From Styela clava (Eukaryota), in the NCBI RefSeq assembly GCF_964204865.1, contig NC_135259.1, positions 8,618,001 to 8,682,000 on the forward strand: a stretch of DNA of 64,000 nucleotides, in the 5' to 3' direction. Made by a program: the position numbers and the translations under genes. This document shows, piece by piece, positions 13,029-25,764 of this stretch. The first letter of the stretch is position 1; each line of letters opens with the position of its first letter. Below the pieces are notes generated by a model. It was not told the DNA's origin and made no database searches. It was given only the letters and a program-made list of their open reading frames with translations.

Positions 13029-15839
13029 TTACAAAACCATAGGGACAGTTATAAAGTAGTTATCACACTCTTCGTAAATTTCCTCGTCAAGTTTTTTGAG
13101 GAAAATCCTATATAGGGGTAACAATTCATGCAAACAATCAAGTTTTTCTTGGATATCCATAAGTTTCTCCTCAAGTCGACGTAAGTTATTAGATTCACCG
13201 GAACGACAGCAATTCGGAACCAGGAATTTTCTAATCTTACGAAGAAAATTCTTCTTTTTTGATTTTTTGTTCTTAATTTTCTTCAACAACAACTTTTTCT
13301 CTTGCTCCTTATCACGCAAAGCCTGAACGATAATAATTATCAAAATACACTAAAGAAAATTATCCAAGCAAATAATAGACTAGACAACATCTATACTGAT
13401 TATATCAAATCAACTATTTGTGATAAATTTATTAATTTTTACTATGTAGTATATAGAAAACACTGTAATGATAATAAATGTGTGTTAATACATAAATATG
13501 TGACTAAGTACGCAACCATCAATATACTTACTATAAAACCTACATTTTCAGTCTCTATTTCCATTTTAATAAAAAGATGTGTTCGATCCAAACGACTCAT
13601 TTGACAAATTTTATCATATGTTCCAAGTGTGGTGGTATTTTTTAACTGAAAGGGTGTAACCTCCACAAGCGAAGGACAAGAGATAGATTTGCTACATCCC
13701 TGCAGGTCAGAACTATCCACACAAGCAATATTCCAATTGTAATTGAAAACAGAACCATTCCCACAAAAATCCCGGTCTCGTAGTAAAGGACCAGAATTTC
13801 TTTCAATGTCATGTCGCGTTGAATACTAAAAAATTAAAACAATTTGAATGATCAAATTAAGTGATAAAGCATACACAATTGTAACCTTTAATATTCATAA
13901 CGAACTTTGGTACAAAGTATTATTCTCTTGCATAACTTACCCAATTCAAGCAGTTTTCGGATTTTGAACCCAGGACATTTTTCTGTAATTTTTGCGATTT
14001 TTCAATGCTATTTCTTCCTTTTGCAACGATGTTCATTGTTCCGAGTCCTGTTCCTAGAAGCAAACAAAAATGTGAAAAACATTCTAGCCAGGGGACAAAA
14101 ACATTTGAAATACACTATAGCTCCATGGAGCCATTTGAAAAAAGTTCGAAAACTATAATTATATGTTCATTTTATTCACATGATTTACAAGCTATATACG
14201 CATGTAACGGTTTCACCTTCCAAAGTATCCGTGAATTCCGACGAAATTGAACAAATTTCCTCCTGATCACACTTCACCGATATTCCGTCCCTAACGGACA
14301 AAACGTCCCCCGAACACGTGATAAACGCCGGCATTGGCGTTGACAAGATGCCATGCTTATTTATGTCGAATATCTAAAACAAAGTTTATACAGAATATAT
14401 TAGTTAGTAGCGTAAAAGGTAGAACAGTAAATTAAAATATTTACCCGGTCTTCTTCAAACAGGTCTCTCAACTCTGAAATTGATTCCTCGAGGAAAGAAT
14501 CAGTAGGTTCGAGCATTATTTTTGAAGTTAATGGTAATTTCACGGATGTGGTTATGCTTTCGACTTTTTTTGGATCTTTATCGCTGTCTTTTTCAACAGT
14601 AATGCGAGTCTTTTAACGAAAAAGGTTATGTTGTAAAATTTATGATAATATTTAAATATCCATCGAGTACACATGGTTAATTATTCGTTTGCTTATGATT
14701 GAATATAATTATTTTTTGCTACCTCATCTGATAATTCAAGTTTTATTGAAGAAGAGTTAGATTTTTCGTTTTCTTCTGCCTCGAATTTTTCTGCATCTCT
14801 ATCACATATTTCTAGCATCTCAGAACATTGACTCCCCGTGTTCGTTCCCATATCGAGTGCTTCGGAATGTATCTTAGGATTACGGATCGTTATTTTCTCG
14901 GTAATGCTCTCTTGTTCAATATCATTTCTATGAGATTCATTCATTTTTGCTTGCAGGCATAGGACCGCATCCACTTCTTCAGTTGATCCATTTACAGCAA
15001 ACGATACTATTCAAAAAAAATTGATGTAATTGCAATCTGATGTTTCTGATCGCTATTTATCAAGTACAGATCATTTTATTCACAATTTCTTGTTTTTCAT
15101 GTTAGCAAAAAAAAAAAAATTCAACGTTATCTATCTGAATTCGGGAAAATAACAATGAGTTATCCCAGTATTTGCATTTACTAACTTACACCCAACGTAC
15201 CCTTATCGTCTTTATCGACATTGCTACCTATTTTGAACGAAGTATTTTCTTCTCCACTTTTACTAACTGAAGTAATCTTGCAGATTTCAATATTTTCGAC
15301 AGTCCTTTTGAGTCGCGGATTTTCCAGAGTTTCTACTGGTGGATCACACAGATTTTTAAATGTTTCCTGTAGAAGTGGATATTTGAATGGATTTTATTAA
15401 CAATTAGCAAGTATAGTTTTCCAACCGCATTGCAATGAACAGTATTTTATATACGCCATATTTTGCCAAACATACTACAAATAAAATATTTTGCTTCTAC
15501 CCAAAGTGTTTTTGTGTTAATTAAGTTATCCCCTCAATACTTTGGCATCGATAAAAAATTCGATCTCACTCGTTTTGAAAAATGTTGTTGAAGTTTATTT
15601 TTCTGAAGGTAGCCAACTCTCGTTGGTCCTTTGCTATTGCCTGCTCCCTCTGATTCGGGAGCATTGAAGCGGTTGATAAGGGATTGAACTGTCCATATTG
15701 GATAATCTTTTGCACAAAATCCCACTTTCAATTTCTTCTTGGCAGGGGTTAACGATGTAAACTTTCGGGAATCGTTAGTCATGGTACAGGATGACGTCTT
15801 TGGGGTGACACAATTGTCACGTGGTGATTTATTGTTCAT
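13029..15839 (-). CDS. Uncharacterised ~580-aa protein. Exons 15839-15570, 15366-15201, 15006-14723, 14609-14445, 14373-14217, 14053-13941, 13825-13532, 13322-13029
   Basis: Eight open exons are joined by GT-AG introns of ~70-210 nt with mutually compatible phases (0,1,0,0,1,0,0), giving 1743 nt from ATG (MNNKSPRD) to TAA. Contains an NLS-like PAKKKLK, an acidic disordered middle, a basic KKIKNKKSKKK stretch and a coiled-coil-like C-terminus. More 5' exons (~15.92-16.3 kb) are possible. Confidence 0.8.
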
Positions 15840-16711
15840 CACGTATGTAGGATACTGGTAAAATAGTAGACTAGTTTTGTGCGGTAACACAAATAATAGC
15901 TACGAAACAAATAAAATTTTTACTTCTTCATGTAATGTATGGTTGGCATCAACAAGGTTTATTTTGAACCTGAGAACTAGACTACTTAACGACCGAGATG
16001 AATGAATTCCTGAACCTTTGAGAAATCAATCTTCAATACATATCTAACTTACGAGTATTCTCACAGCTCCCGAAATAAATTTAGGATATAGAAATGAATG
16101 AGTTTCACTTCACGTAGCAACGGTCGTTGTCAAGTAACGTCTTTGAATTTGTTTCGTCACAATATCGTAGTTGTCAAGTTTTGATTGGAGACATATTTGT
16201 AGTATCCGGCAGGAACTATCTTCGAAATTATCAGTGAATAATATAATTCACAGGTGGAGAGAGTCACAGAAAACCTCAAGGGGTGATCTAGCAGTGACAC
16301 CCTATGTCTACTACTGTTATTATATATTTGAATTATAAAAAAAAGTATACACAATGCTTACTTCGGGTAATCTTCGAAGACCTGAAATATTGGTTCCGGT
16401 AAAAAATCTAGATTTAACATTTGTTTCAGGACTTCTGAAGTCTATCATACACAGAAGTGATGGTTTACTCTTACAGTGTACAATACGGACCATTAAACTT
16501 CATCAGTTTGCATCATCGACAAAATATATTGTCAACGCGTGCGTGAGTTGAACGCAGCTAGTTGTAGGCTGTACATTCATTGTGTTTATTCCACAAAACA
16601 CACGGAAGGTATGCATGTTACTTTTTTTTATATTTACCAACACTTTTTAATTGTTAAAATTTTAATGATATTTACAGGCCAGAAAAGTACATTGAATAGT
16701 ATACGTTTAAC

Positions 16712-16981
16712 AACAAGAGATCTAAGCTCAAATATATGGACACGTCACAAGGTGTCGCAATTTTATATTCTGACACATAAAAAACGAATCTCTTGAAGTC
16801 CACAGAAATTTTTAAAATAGGTAGAAGTAATAGTCTTCTGGAGAAAAATTCCATCTTTAACTACTAAAAACTTTAAAGCAATTGGTTCAGTAATCGAAGA
16901 GAAAAGTGACTTTTTAAAAACGTGTCCAAGAACAACAAGTACATAATATTGAAACGATCGTTATGTCTACTTAACGTGTCC
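16712..16981 (-). mobile_element. HINE-like 'GGACACG' family copy 3 (inverted)
   Basis: AACAAGAGA...GCTCAAATATATGGACACG at the left and TTAACGTGTCC at the right; body is the reverse complement of copies 1 and 2. Confidence 0.6.
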
Positions 16982-19569
16982 AATAAAATGTGATATTATT
17001 AAGGTTTTTTTTAGTTTAAAACATAATTCAAACAAGCATACAGATTACACGATTGAATATAAATTTCCATGCTTTAATTTAAATGCTCGCGTTTTACTCT
17101 CTGTCTCAGGTTGTTGCACTTTATTGGTAAGGAGCTCCAGAAGATCGTGTTTTCATGGCTATGATCACTGTTTTAGACATTTATGAGTCGTAGCATGGCT
17201 TTCCGCGGCCGCTAATGTTGCAATTATTGCATTCGTTGGAATTATTATTGGCTGCATAGTAACTGTAAGACATTATTTTGTGAATGAGTGCCGGCGCAAC
17301 ATGAAGTAAATATACTGAAAAATTGTAAATATAGAAAATTCTGATTAACGTAATCGAAATTAGAATATGATATTTCAATAAAAACGGCAAACTAATCTGT
17401 CACAATATTTATCGTTAAAATGAATTTGGAATTGCGCTCAAATATCTGAACTCCTTCCTATTCGCTACCCCATGTAGCCGACATTGAACGAATACCAGTG
17501 TTCTTAAGATCTTCTATTCCTATATTTAGCGTAATAACATCGGCGAGTCAAAGAAAAGGTATCAATACACAACAAGTTTTTAGATACAATGGTCAAAAAC
17601 AAGATATCTCCGATAGGTAGGCTACATTCCCAAAATTTAACTTTGCATGATGCAAACACTCAAATTTTATATGCAAACCTAATATTTTTCGAAACAAAAA
17701 TAATATTATAAACTTCAAGTTTCCTCAAACTGAAACTTGATTAGCAATCTATTTTTAACTAAGTTGTAATCTTCCACAATATACAGATTCTTCCAATAGA
17801 AAATGCCATGAGATCTCCACATTTGAATGAGTATAAGTGCTGCAATCATGATTTCTTTTGGTGTTGTTGGATATCTCAAGTTTGGATCTATAATTTGTGG
17901 CAGCATCGCACTCAACTTTCCCGTTATGAACGTGTAAGCGACATATTAACTTAAATTTTTAAGAGCCTCAGTTTTGAATCAAAGAAAATTGTAGAAATTC
18001 AAATTAATGTAATATTTCATTTCTCATTATGTAGCTTCAGCAATATAAAAACTGTAATAACTCGAGCGAAAGTTTGAAAAATCCTTGAAACTCATAATAT
18101 TTATATCTCACCTGATAAAATGAAAAGAATTAAGTATATAGCAGTTGATCAGTATATATAATAAACATAACATAACAAAGATATAGCTGTTTCAAAATAT
18201 TCAATGTTTCTATCATCAACCGGCGTGAAAATGTCTGATCGATTTCCTGACCATCATCAGCTCAATTCCATATCTCTTTAGATTTTACCAAACCGTGGAA
18301 ACAACAGTCTTATATAGTTCTAATAATTGTAAAAATTTGGTGTGAGGGTATTGTTGGTTTTTCATTAACCTGTAGTCAGTGTAGCAAAACTAGAACATAA
18401 CTATACCATGTTAGGTGGCCGCGCAATTTTTAGTTAACCACATGTGGCCTTTGGCCAAAAAGGTTGGCCGATACTGCGAGTCTAGTCGGTCATTTTGTTC
18501 AGCTTATTCGGAGCTACATCTTAACAGTTACCGGTACCGATGTGCTTGCGGCATGTCATGTCCATCAGCCTCGATTGTCAAATTTAAGCAGACCATAAAA
18601 TGCTTATCGGCATATTGGATAATTTCATTCTAGTTAGATTCTTTGGCTTAGTTATTTGACTTCTGTGTTGATAGCATTGATCATTGAACTCTTGTTTTAA
18701 ATTCTACATTAAACAGCATAAAAACGTATTTAACTTTATAGAAATATGAGTCATTTCAACACGTACCACACTGAATTCCATCTGAAACTCAAATCTGGTA
18801 TTCCAGCCGAAATAAATATCAAGGCGATTCCAGTGATTATAATGACTGAAATCTCATTCGAACTCGAAGTACCAAAGCTCCAAATATCGTTGTTGTTCAA
18901 TTTGACTTATCTCATGCACTAATTGTAGTGTATCCATTTTACCAATAAGATAAATAAGAATATTCCTCTTTATATTTCAGAGGTCTGGGCAACATCTTTT
19001 GTTTTATATAAACGGGTCCCGCCATTGGCTGAGATATTCATGCAATCACCAGAATCCATGGCGATTCAAGTATTCTAATTTTGAAGCGCCTCGTCTGCAA
19101 AAAAGAAGGACGCAATAGGACGCTGGACAATATTGAAGGATATTCATAATTTTTGGATTGGCAAGTGTGGTATTTGATACGATGTCGTCAGTCAAAATTA
19201 TAGTCAACAGTATGACCTCACATCATACAGCGATATCAACTTGCAGGGGTGGAATTTCATCTTCTGTGGACAAGTTAATTTTACTTGGAAATCACACGGG
19301 AAAAGCGTGATAATATCAATTAGCAATTCCCAAATTCGTTATGAATCGATGGCACGAATGTGACTAAGCAGTTTTTGAAACTCACAGATGGGAAGAGATA
19401 GAAGTCTGATCTGACCTAAGTTTTTTTCATTCTCTGTTGTGTTCATAAGCCCCCTTCCATGTTCACTAGAAGTATACACGTTGTAGCGACTTCCTTTATC
19501 GATCAACTGAAACCAGCAAATGACCAGAAACTCCGACCAAGGGCAAAACGTGTTAAGCAAATCTCATGA

Positions 19570-20100
19570 GTAGTCCACTTACATTTGCAATTAGCCCGAG
19601 CAGACAATTTAGGGATACCAATGACAAATTCGGAAAAAATCTTTGATAGTAATCAACCATGCTATCAAACGATTTCATTTGACTGACGTTTTCAGGCCTA
19701 GGTGCGTTACGAATGCCTTTAATTTTGGCATCCGTTTTGTAAAGCCTATTGCAATTAACTCGGGTATCCACAAAATTCTACGCCCTTTTTTAAAAAATTC
19801 AGTTTTAATTTCATTTACTTTTAGATTTTATTGTTGCATAAGCATAAGAAGTTTTTCAATATTGTCTGAATGATCAATGTTATTATTATCCATTGTTAAA
19901 ATGTCATCAAGATCAAGAATACCTTTGCTTCTTAGAACCCCGCTTATTAGTTGTTCACTTGTTCTTTGCCAAACAGCCACGGTGGACGCTATGCCAAATG
20001 GGAGCTTGTAAAACCTATATACTGTAATCCTTTTATGAGTATGAATGAACTGTCGACAATTCCTTCGACTCTTGTTCAACCCCCATTTGAATGCTTGGAA
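19570..20100 (-). mobile_element. Decayed Ty3/gypsy LTR retrotransposon pol (RT) fragment
   Basis: Frameshifted peptides QMGVEQESKEL / HTHK..YRFYKLPFGIASTVAVWQR...LDDILT (RT YxDD region) and KTDAKIKGIRNAPRPENVSQMKSF..MVDYYQRFFPNLS (thumb/linker). Confidence 0.85.
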
Positions 20101-21642
20101 TCCCTTTACACCGTATCACTTACAAATCAATAAACAGTGTCTCACCAACGTCTGTGCAATCGCTGCAATCTTACGAATCCACATCTGTTGTCTGTTTGAC
20201 CAATAGCTTTTTTTCAATGGACATACCTACATGCGACTTCTGTTAACTCGCAACGTTTTCATGTTCAGAATGTTAATCACTGGTTTACAAATAGCAAATA
20301 ATAAAAGAGTAAGTCCAATACAAATATTGTGGGCATCGTTTTCGAAGAACTCTTGTTGATAACGCGAACCATCTAAACACCTCCCAATGGGTCAAATTTA
20401 CTTAGTGAAACATTTGGCAGCATAAAACAGTCTTACCGTGGATTAAAATATAAACAAATGTTGATGGAATGTCGCGTTCCACAGGACTTAGAGGTAACTT
20501 GAGTAAAAAAGAAAAAACTTTCTGGCGCCTTCCATCTTTAAACACTGAAATTTGAAATCCACTGCGGAGCAAGTCGATTTTTTTAACAACAAACAGTCGT
20601 CTCTTCGGCAAGTTTAACACCAATGATTCAGTCATATATATTGATATATATGTGTGTGTCTAATGTACCGAAAAAGTTTAGTTGTCTCAAAGTTTTGTAT
20701 ATATTCATAGATATTTACTCATATTTTATGATGCCTACTACCCGTTCGGCTTTTTGACATTATATATATGACCACATCGCAGCATTGCCAACAAGAACGC
20801 CGTGAAATATATACCGTCGTTTAGCCTAAATTCGGCCAAATAATAAAAATAAAAACAACACGATTTCTGGCCATCCAAGTGTCCAAAATTTAACTGCCTC
20901 AAAACACTTTCTGTTACATTTATCTCAATATGTATATTATAGCAAAACTAAAATCGTATTTTAATGAAAGCACTGTATGGGTGATTGCATCTGTTAATAT
21001 TGTACATTTCGTAAGCTATAAAAACACATGAATCAATAAGCATAACACGATATGCAACCTGGGAAAAATCATTAATTGGGTTTTCCGGCTTTTGTTGTTC
21101 TTAATCACTTCCTCGAGTATATTATGTTACAAACGTGGCATACGAATGGCCATTCTGAATATCTTTACGAAAAGAGTCGCAAACTCCGCAAGTAAAGTCG
21201 CAACCTCTGCCGTAAGCGTAGGTGAAAACTTAAAATATGCAGTATATGAAGTTTAAAAATGTTCATAGCGATGAAGATATATTTTAGTAAAACGTTAAAA
21301 GCATAGTTTCTACATACACTTCATATCAGTGTCTTGATCTCTTGTGATTGGATGAATTGATTGACCTACTTCACATCAAGTTGTGTATAAAGGGAATGAT
21401 TACTATGGGCAGGGGGATATTCACTTGGCTAATACAGACAGTTCCCGAACTCGTACTAGAACTAAAATAAGAAAAATTGGAATAAAATTATGGCTTAACC
21501 CTAACCTGGTACACACACTACGGGAGTACCGCTAAGTGTGGTACCGCTCTAAACTGTCCTTTTCTAAGTACCTCGTTATGTAGGTCACATTCTCGGACGT
21601 TTAATTATCTTACATGATTATCTTCTATTCAGTTCTATACAG

Positions 21643-21850
21643 CAGGGGTGGCCAACACGTCGATCGCGATCTACCGCCGATATACACATACAGTATTTGA
21701 GTCCGGGGAAGCTCGATAGAGCATATTATTACGTAACAAAAGCAAGTTTCACCGCTGCCAAGGTTCAGACATAAACTTCTGCAGTATGCAAATCCAGTAT
21801 CCAATTTTTTCTAATTCCAAGCGAGCGAATAAATGAACTTGAAGGAAATG
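21643..21850 (+). mobile_element. hAT-type MITE left-end fragment (CAGGGGTGGCCA family)
   Basis: Begins CAGGGGTGGCCAACACGTCGATCGCGATC; internal blocks match the reverse complement of 30700-31122. Confidence 0.6.
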
Positions 21851-22355
21851 GTAGATTATATACCGAAAGGTTGAGCAGTCATGTCACAATTATGGTTTTA
21901 AAATATATACCGGTATTTATTTTTCTCTGTTTCGATAATACATGGATGCTTTGCAAGATTTTTTGAGGAATTTTTAACACTTACGACCTAAAATTGGGCA
22001 GGCTTTGGATCAGAATCATATGATTTGAATATATCTTATATAATTGAAGAAACATTCACTCCCGGTTCAATTATATAATCAAATTACCAAATTAAATGGG
22101 ACATAAGAAATGCAAACTTTTGTGTAGTATCCAATTAGCCAGCCATACACGATTAAGGCAATTCATATGGAATAATATAACCCTCCCTACTCCAACTATG
22201 TTAGTGGCCAAAAGGCAGGTACAGATGTAGGTACAGAAAAACATTGCCTTGTTTGTTACAGATGTTTTACTCTTTACCATTTAACGCTTACCCTTTTTTC
22301 AATTTCAATTATGAGAAAAAAAATTAAATCATTTTCCATTGTCAGAGTTTGCAAC

Positions 22356-23896
22356 ATGATACAAAATAGAATGTCATTGTTTCTAGACTTATTTTATTGA
22401 CAATAATTTTTATTGGTTGGTCGACGTACGAATCACAAAAATTTGTGCCTCCACTTTCTTTTGAAGTAGTGTCAAGTCCAGTTGAGAATGAATTGCGTAC
22501 GAGACGACATAGCCGAAATTCATCTATTATGATTGCTGTTATAGTTGAGCAGGCGAGGGGGGTCGTAGAATTCACTTCCTCAGTTTTACGACGATATCAT
22601 GATATTCCATCACAAGATATTTATGTTTCTGCACCAACAGCATTCGATGAAAAGACTATGCAAAAATGGTACGGTTATGATATAACAGTTTTCAATTCAG
22701 GATTAATTTCTGCTCAACTATGGAAACTTATTGAATCCTTCTGGAAGTCACAATATAAGGCCATATTTATTATAAACAGTGAAACTATTTTTTCGAAAGA
22801 TTGGAAGAGTTTTATATTAAGAAACATACACAAAACGGACGGATTTCTATCTTTGTATCATTCCTCGAATATGCACAATTATACGCACGATTGTGAACAT
22901 TTAGATGGTACTTTATGTATTGGAGAATCGACGGCAAAATTTGGAGTTGTTTTAGAGAGAAAGATTATTTCAGATTTGATGAAAAGGAAAAGTGTCGAAT
23001 TAGCAGAAATGAACTGGACAAAATTATTCGGAAATAGGAACGTTCGTATTCGATATCCCCAAAAATCATTCACAATGCAAATCGGACAAAGAAATCAAAA
23101 TGTTGAAAATTACTGCGGTGAAAATGAAGTTGCTTATCGATTCTCTAGATGTGAATTTCCTGATTGGATACAAGATGGAATTGAATTTTATTTTGATCGC
23201 TGCACAAATCCTGAGGAATCTTACATTACAGACTATTCAATCGAAAAAATTAATGAAGAGAAACGATTTTGGGTACGCCCGGTTATATCCTACTCATTTT
23301 ATGGAGATAATTGGCGATACACAAAAACTGCTCAAGAAAACGTAGCGCGTGTTTTTAGCATATACTCAGATTGGAAAATATGGATATATACTGATTATTC
23401 AGTTCCTGATGAAATCATGGCAAAAATGTGCGAGTTTGATGTGAGATTCATTGATATGACAGGAACGAATATTATAAACAAAATGTCCTGGCGATTTTTG
23501 GTCGCATCAGAGCCCGTTAAAATGTTTGCAGTGAGAGATATTGACTCTTGGTTACTAATGAGAGGAAAAGCAGCTGTGGACGAGTGGATTGCATCAGGAA
23601 GAATGTTTCACACGATGAGAGATCACGAGAATCATGCCCGACAACCTATGAATGGCGGTATGTGGGGTGGACGGTATAACGCAGTTCCAAACATGAAGGA
23701 GTTATTGGACGCGCGATATTTAACTGGTGCATATATGCAAGATATGGACTTTCTAAATGAAATCATTTGGAAAATTGCTAATGAATCAGTGTGGTCTCAC
23801 GACTCTCACTCGCTCCATAAATTTGGTGAAGATCACCCATTCCCGACGGAATTGAAAAATCCACGTGATTTCGTTGGCCGTGTGGCAATATATTAA
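22356..23896 (+). CDS. Intronless type II membrane two-domain putative glycosyltransferase, copy 1 (apparent 1-nt frameshift at codon 6)
   Basis: Open frame from 22370 to 23896, paralogous to 27636..29171 along its whole length. TM anchor, degenerate GT2-like domain, then VISYSFYG...WRFL...RDIDS...AAVDEWIASGRMFHTMRDH..H...GGMWG...FVG. ATG at 22356 aligns with the paralog's ATG but lies 41 rather than 42 nt before the shared TTG codon at 22397. Confidence 0.82.
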
Positions 23897-24288
23897 AATT
23901 ACCGTTCCTAATTAACCATAATCTTGTCAGATTGGATTGTCAATTTTTTTTCATAACACAGTGTGCAGATAAAATTCGCTGTAAACTCATTGATAACTTG
24001 GTAATTATATAAATTCGTAGTACTGCAATTCGAATCCAAGTCTTGTTTTCTAAAGAATCACAGGAAATTCTGATTATTTCCGCTTACTCATCAATGCACG
24101 GAAAAGGTATCTTGTTGTTCCTTATTATTAATCGAATGTAAAGAAATCGACGTGTTGAATGCCTTATAAATTTTATGATACCTCGAACTGATGATAAGAC
24201 TTTGTTTTACGCTGATTCAACGGCAGTGTGCCATTCCATATTATATGCGATTCTTTATTGATTTTAAAGACAAATAGCGGTTTATAAT

Positions 24289-25764
24289 TAAGGATGTAAG
24301 TTTCGGAATTTCGAATCGAAGCGATTCGAATCAACAACAATTCGAATCGATTCGAAGCAATTTTAGGAAAAACGGATTCTTTACAAAAATAATGACGCAG
24401 ATAACGCGAGGCAATTACACGGCACAGCGTCGTTGTCTCAATGTCAACATAAAACGTTTCTTCCTTTATTTTATAGCTTTTCCCAATTTGTAACAACCCT
24501 GGGGTTGTTATATGTATTCCTTTAGAGGAGCCAATGTTTAAGCTCAATTTTGTACGACTCAATATGTTTTACAAATATGTCATTATATATATTAACGCTC
24601 TACTGATTTGCCTTATAGTATAATTGAACTATTCCATATTAAAAACACAGGTCTGCGACGTTCCTCTCACAATCATTGCTTCTATTAATCATGGCACTAA
24701 ACTAGGGTTGGGGATTTCAGGGAAAATGTCCTAACTGTTAACCGGGTAAAATTATCCGGTTAACCGAAGCGTGACGTTTGACGTAATAAATTATAATTTC
24801 AGCTTGTTACGCCACAATGGTTATAAAGCAATTTTGAGTGATCTCATCTCGGTATCGCTCAAAATTATTCACGAATCGAGATAGTACATGATTGCTCTGC
24901 TGCAAGAGATATGTAGCGGGGTTCGGATATGTGGAAGTCTTTCAGAAAACCTGATTCCGTTATCAAACTTCATTTATGTGACAAATTTTCAGTGTTCGAT
25001 GTACAAATTCTACTTCGAGATATCATAAAGAAAAACGGCACCATCTGCGCACTTGTTGGATGAAATTGAATATACGATTTTGCAATAAAATCGTGAACAA
25101 TATATTTCGACCGAAAACAGATTCTGAATTTATCATTGTCAATTTTCATAATCAGCAATCTCAATATATCAATTTTTTCCACATTTATTGGGTCCTTACC
25201 CACATATATAGTTAGTGAAATTCTTTTGAAATAAACGCCGCAGGAGATAAATTTGTGGTGACGTAATTATTTTTGAAGGAATTCTACAGTATAAAAATGA
25301 TTTGTACCTGACATGTCAGTTAAAATAAATCGTAACCGTTAACCATTCCAAAATCGGTTAACCGGTTAATCATTCCCAGCCTTACACTAAACACATTTAA
25401 CTAGCGTATATCATTTGGATAAATTTTGAAGGTCAATTTGGGAAGGAAATTATCATTATATGTATGTAATTAAAAACGAATAATTACGTGATAAAAAATG
25501 AATATGTGACAAAGCCTAGCTCCATGAAACAAAAATAAATTCTCACAGCCCTAATATGTTGGGTACCTGGTGCATCTATTGAATGTATTTGTTTCTACTA
25601 ACTCTTTTATTTAATAATATTATTTACTCCAAATTCTTCCTGTAGTTAATTCACCTTCAAAATTCATGGATAATATGACGTTATACTAAATATAATCAGA
25701 TTCCGAAATATTCGAATCGTGACATTCTGATTCGGAAATAATATATTCGAAACTTACATCCCTA
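24289..25764. mobile_element. hAT-type MITE (outer element of a nested pair)
   Basis: TIRs TAAGGATGTAAGTTTCG / CGAAACTTACATCCCTA; TSD TTTATAAT (24281-24288) vs GTTATAAT (25765-25772), 7/8. Confidence 0.8.
24703..25384. mobile_element. hAT-type MITE nested in the 24289-25764 element
   Basis: TIRs TAGGGTTGGG / CCCAGCCTTA with subterminal GGTTAACC repeats; perfect 8-bp TSD CACTAAAC (24695-24702, 25385-25392). Confidence 0.88.
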
